Shown in pieces: positions 27,011 to 29,531 of a stretch of 29,531 nt of DNA. The position numbers and the translations under genes were made by a program. Below the pieces are notes generated by a model. It worked only from the letters and a program-made list of their open reading frames with translations, had not been told where the DNA came from and did not search any database. This DNA is from a virus. Lineage: Duplodnaviria > Heunggongvirae > Uroviricota > Caudoviricetes. The first letter of the stretch is position 1. The number at the start of each line of letters is the position of its first letter. The DNA lies in IMG/VR virus record IMGVR_UViG_648276670_000001, positions 1 to 29,531 of that record; one strand, given 5' to 3'.

Positions 27011-28104
27011 CAGAACCCGATTTTATTGAACGCGATGCCGATAAAATCACGGCAGAAATGATTGCGAAGTATGAAGAGGATACCGGAAAAACGCTGTACC
27101 CGGCACAGGCTGAACGTCTGCTGATTGACCTGTGGGCCTATCGCGAAATGCTGGTCAGGGTGGCAGTACAGGAGGCGGCGAAGCAGAATCTGGTCGCTTT
27201 TTCCCGTGAGCCGATGATTGATTACCTCGGTGAACTGGTCGGTGTATACCGCCTTGCTGCGCAGCCTGCCACCACCACACTTCAGTTCTCTGTGGATGAG
27301 GCACTGGCCATTGATGTGCTGATCCCGGCAGGCACCCGCGTCAGCGCTTCCGACAGTATTATTTTTGCCACCGATACAGATGTGGTGCTGAAGGCCGGAT
27401 TGCTGCTGGTCAATGTCACGGCCACCTGTACCGAGCCGGGTACCGCTGGCAACGGCTGGCAACCGGCGCAGGTCAGTCAGTTACTCGATGAGATTGATAA
27501 CATTGACCTGCTGGTGACCAATCTGACGGCCAGCTCTGGCGGTTCAGAGCAGGAAGACGATGACCGGCTCCGGGAGCGTATCAGGCTGGCCCCGGAGTCA
27601 TTCACCAATGCCGGAAGCCGTGGTGCATACCGTTTTCATGCTATGGGGGCGCATCCCGGCATTGTCGACGTTGCTGTTCTTTCTCCCGCTCCCGGCACTG
27701 TCGAGCTGTATCCGCTGCTCAGCACTGGTCTGCCGGACAGCAGTATCCTCACTCTGGTAGAGAGTTTCTGTTCTGACGAAAAAGTCAGACCACTCACTGA
27801 TACCGTGCGGGCTAAAACACCTGTTCAGGTGGATTACACCATTGAAGCCAGGATTACGATCTATCGTGATCAGGATGCAAGGTTGGTAAAGGACAACGCT
27901 AACAGCGCCATACAGAACTGGGTGGCATCCCGTACCGCCACGCTGGGGCGCGATATTGTTCCCAGCCAGATTATCAGCGTGTTGTCCGTTTCCGGGGTGT
28001 ACCAGGTCGAACTGGTGACACCGGCACTGAGGGTGGTGGCAGAAAACGAATGGGCAAACTGTACGGCGATCACTCTTAACATGACCGGGGTGTCCGATGG
28101 CTGA
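27001..28104 (+). CDS. Baseplate J-like protein, 367 aa
   Basis: N-terminal pattern DFIERDADKITAEMIAKYEEDTGKTLYPAQAERLLIDLWAYRE typical of the baseplate J family. Confidence 0.8.
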   Translation: MALTEPDFIERDADKITAEMIAKYEEDTGKTLYPAQAERLLIDLWAYREMLVRVAVQEAAKQNLVAFSREPMIDYLGELVGVYRLAAQPATTTLQFSVDEALAIDVLIPAGTRVSASDSIIFATDTDVVLKAGLLLVNVTATCTEPGTAGNGWQPAQVSQLLDEIDNIDLLVTNLTASSGGSEQEDDDRLRERIRLAPESFTNAGSRGAYRFHAMGAHPGIVDVAVLSPAPGTVELYPLLSTGLPDSSILTLVESFCSDEKVRPLTDTVRAKTPVQVDYTIEARITIYRDQDARLVKDNANSAIQNWVASRTATLGRDIVPSQIISVLSVSGVYQVELVTPALRVVAENEWANCTAITLNMTGVSDG

Positions 28105-28675
28105 GGTGCTACAACTCCCGCCACCGCTTGAGGGTGATATCAGTCTCAGAACGCTGGGAAGACTGGCCGGACGGCTGGATAACATCGACCTGAGCGTACT
28201 GATGGTCGGTCTCGTCGATATTGTCGACAGTTCCGCGCTGCCATGGCTTGGCGAGCAGTTCTCGCTGTTCGGCGATGGCTGGGAACTGGCGGAATCGGAC
28301 GATGTACGCCGCATGCTTATCAAATCCGCTATCGAGCTACACCGCTATAAAGGAACACCGTGGTCAATCCGGGAAATTATCCGCCGTTTTGGCTTCGGCG
28401 AAGTGGATCTGATTGAAGGTACGGGGCAGATTGGCTATGACGGCAGACACACGTACAACGGGCTTTTCGTCCATGGTGATGCACAAGCCTGGGCAGTCTA
28501 TCGCGTCATCCTTCAACAACCCATCACTAACGATCAGGCGGCGCTGTTACGTCAGACGCTTGCTGCCTTTGCTCCGGCTCGCTGTCATCTGGCAAGTCTG
28601 GAATATCAGTCTGTCGCCATTCGATACAACAGTACTACCTGTTATGACGGTAGTTACAACCACGGGAGCAGTTAA
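28097..28675 (+). CDS. Tail protein I-like (P2 gpI family), 192 aa
   Basis: gpI-like segment ALPWLGEQFSLFGDGWE...HRYKGTPWSIREIIRRFGF; overlaps the J-like stop. Confidence 0.75.
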   Translation: MAEVLQLPPPLEGDISLRTLGRLAGRLDNIDLSVLMVGLVDIVDSSALPWLGEQFSLFGDGWELAESDDVRRMLIKSAIELHRYKGTPWSIREIIRRFGFGEVDLIEGTGQIGYDGRHTYNGLFVHGDAQAWAVYRVILQQPITNDQAALLRQTLAAFAPARCHLASLEYQSVAIRYNSTTCYDGSYNHGSS

Positions 28676-28677
28676 TT

Positions 28678-29531
28678 ATGGCAAATCTACCCGAAACCCC
28701 GCAGTGGGAAAGCGGCATCTACCAGATTGAGGTCTCTGACCCCGTTCTGGGCGGACCTGACGGAATTTCTAACCGCCAGGCTAAACAACTGGCCAGCCGA
28801 ACGTCATACCTCAAACAGAAGGTCGAAAAAAGCGGAACAGACCTGGCTGCACATATCGCGGCAGTTGACCCGCATACCCAGTACGCGACGAAAGCCAGTC
28901 CGACATTCACCGGCACACCAACAGCACCTACACCTGCAAATGGTGATAACAGCAAAAAGCTGGCGACGACGGAGTTTGTGGCCAAAGCACTTGCGGCACT
29001 TGCAGGCAGCGCCCCTGAGACACTGGATACGCTTAAAGAGCTGGCTGACGCTCTCGGTAATGATCCAAACTTTGCGACTACGGTACTGAACAAGCTGGCG
29101 GAAAAGCTGGCTAAAGACCAGAACGGCGCAGATATTCCTGAGCCTGCGCTGTTTGTCAAAAACCTTGGTTTGGGGGAAGGCTCTGCACTGCCCGTTGGTG
29201 TGCCCGTTCCGTGGCCCTTAGCAACACCACCAACGGGCTGGCTGAAATGTAACGGTGCAGCATTTTCTTCTGAAATGTACCCCAAACTGGCAAAAGCCTA
29301 CCCCGCGAATAAATTACCGGATTTACGCGGAGAATTTATCCGTGGCTGGGATGATGGGCGAGGAATTGATGCGGCACGCGCTTTATTGAGCATTCAAAAC
29401 GGGATGTTGGAAAAACACCGCCATATTGTTGTAGCTAACGATGGATATGACACAAAAGATGAATGGGAGTTGGCTACGATTTTCAAAAAAACATATACAC
29501 AAGGCAGGGGGCTTGATGCCACAAATACAGG
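28678..29531 (+). CDS. Tail fibre protein, N-terminal part (3' end beyond the window)
   Basis: Frame open from ATG 28678 to the window end (hand-translated; absent from the ORF track because it has no stop); conserved fibre N-terminus MANLPETPQWESGIYQIEVSDPVLGGPDGISNRQAKQLASRTSYLKQKVE and collar-like motif LPDLRGEFIRGWDDGRGID. Confidence 0.8.
   Translation, partial: MANLPETPQWESGIYQIEVSDPVLGGPDGISNRQAKQLASRTSYLKQKVEKSGTDLAAHIAAVDPHTQYATKASPTFTGTPTAPTPANGDNSKKLATTEFVAKALAALAGSAPETLDTLKELADALGNDPNFATTVLNKLAEKLAKDQNGADIPEPALFVKNLGLGEGSALPVGVPVPWPLATPPTGWLKCNGAAFSSEMYPKLAKAYPANKLPDLRGEFIRGWDDGRGIDAARALLSIQNGMLEKHRHIVVANDGYDTKDEWELATIFKKTYTQGRGLDATNT

Noticed and set aside
27598-28323. Minus-strand ORF of 241 aa antisense to the baseplate J-like and I-like genes
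   Set aside because: Ser/Pro/Cys-rich low-complexity shadow ORF.
28719-29285. Minus-strand ORF of 188 aa and plus-strand ORF 28727-29089
   Set aside because: Both overlap the open tail-fibre frame, which has strong conserved fibre motifs; their translations are low-complexity.

Overview
This window reads as one end-to-middle section of a Mu-like transposable prophage (BcepMu-type layout), with an IS21-family element inserted at its left edge. No rRNA, tRNA or CRISPR array was recognised. All family assignments come from reading the translated ORFs by eye; no database search was run.

Layout, left to right:
- 1-~300: right end of an IS21-family insertion sequence (istB C-terminus), apparently truncating a phage B-like ATPase gene.
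- 298-3712 (minus strand): early operon with a Ner-like protein, a small HTH regulator, a 303-aa unknown protein and an rve-type DDE transposase.
- 3795-4202 (plus): XRE-type HTH repressor, divergent from the early operon.
- 4273-6488 (plus): AT-rich two-gene cargo cassette, an NdpA/YejK-like nucleoid-associated protein coupled to a 401-aa protein with two C-terminal transmembrane helices. This is the best candidate for an undescribed system.
- 6478-7248 (minus): convergent Dam-like N6-adenine methyltransferase.
- 7496-9211: lysis cassette (membrane protein, SLT endolysin, embedded Rz/Rz1-type spanins).
- 9208-18550: head module (terminase, portal, Mu F/G/I/T-like proteins).
- 18540-29531: contractile tail module (sheath, tube, frameshifted chaperone, tape measure, P2-like U/X/D/V/W/J/I baseplate genes), ending in a tail fibre gene that runs off the window.
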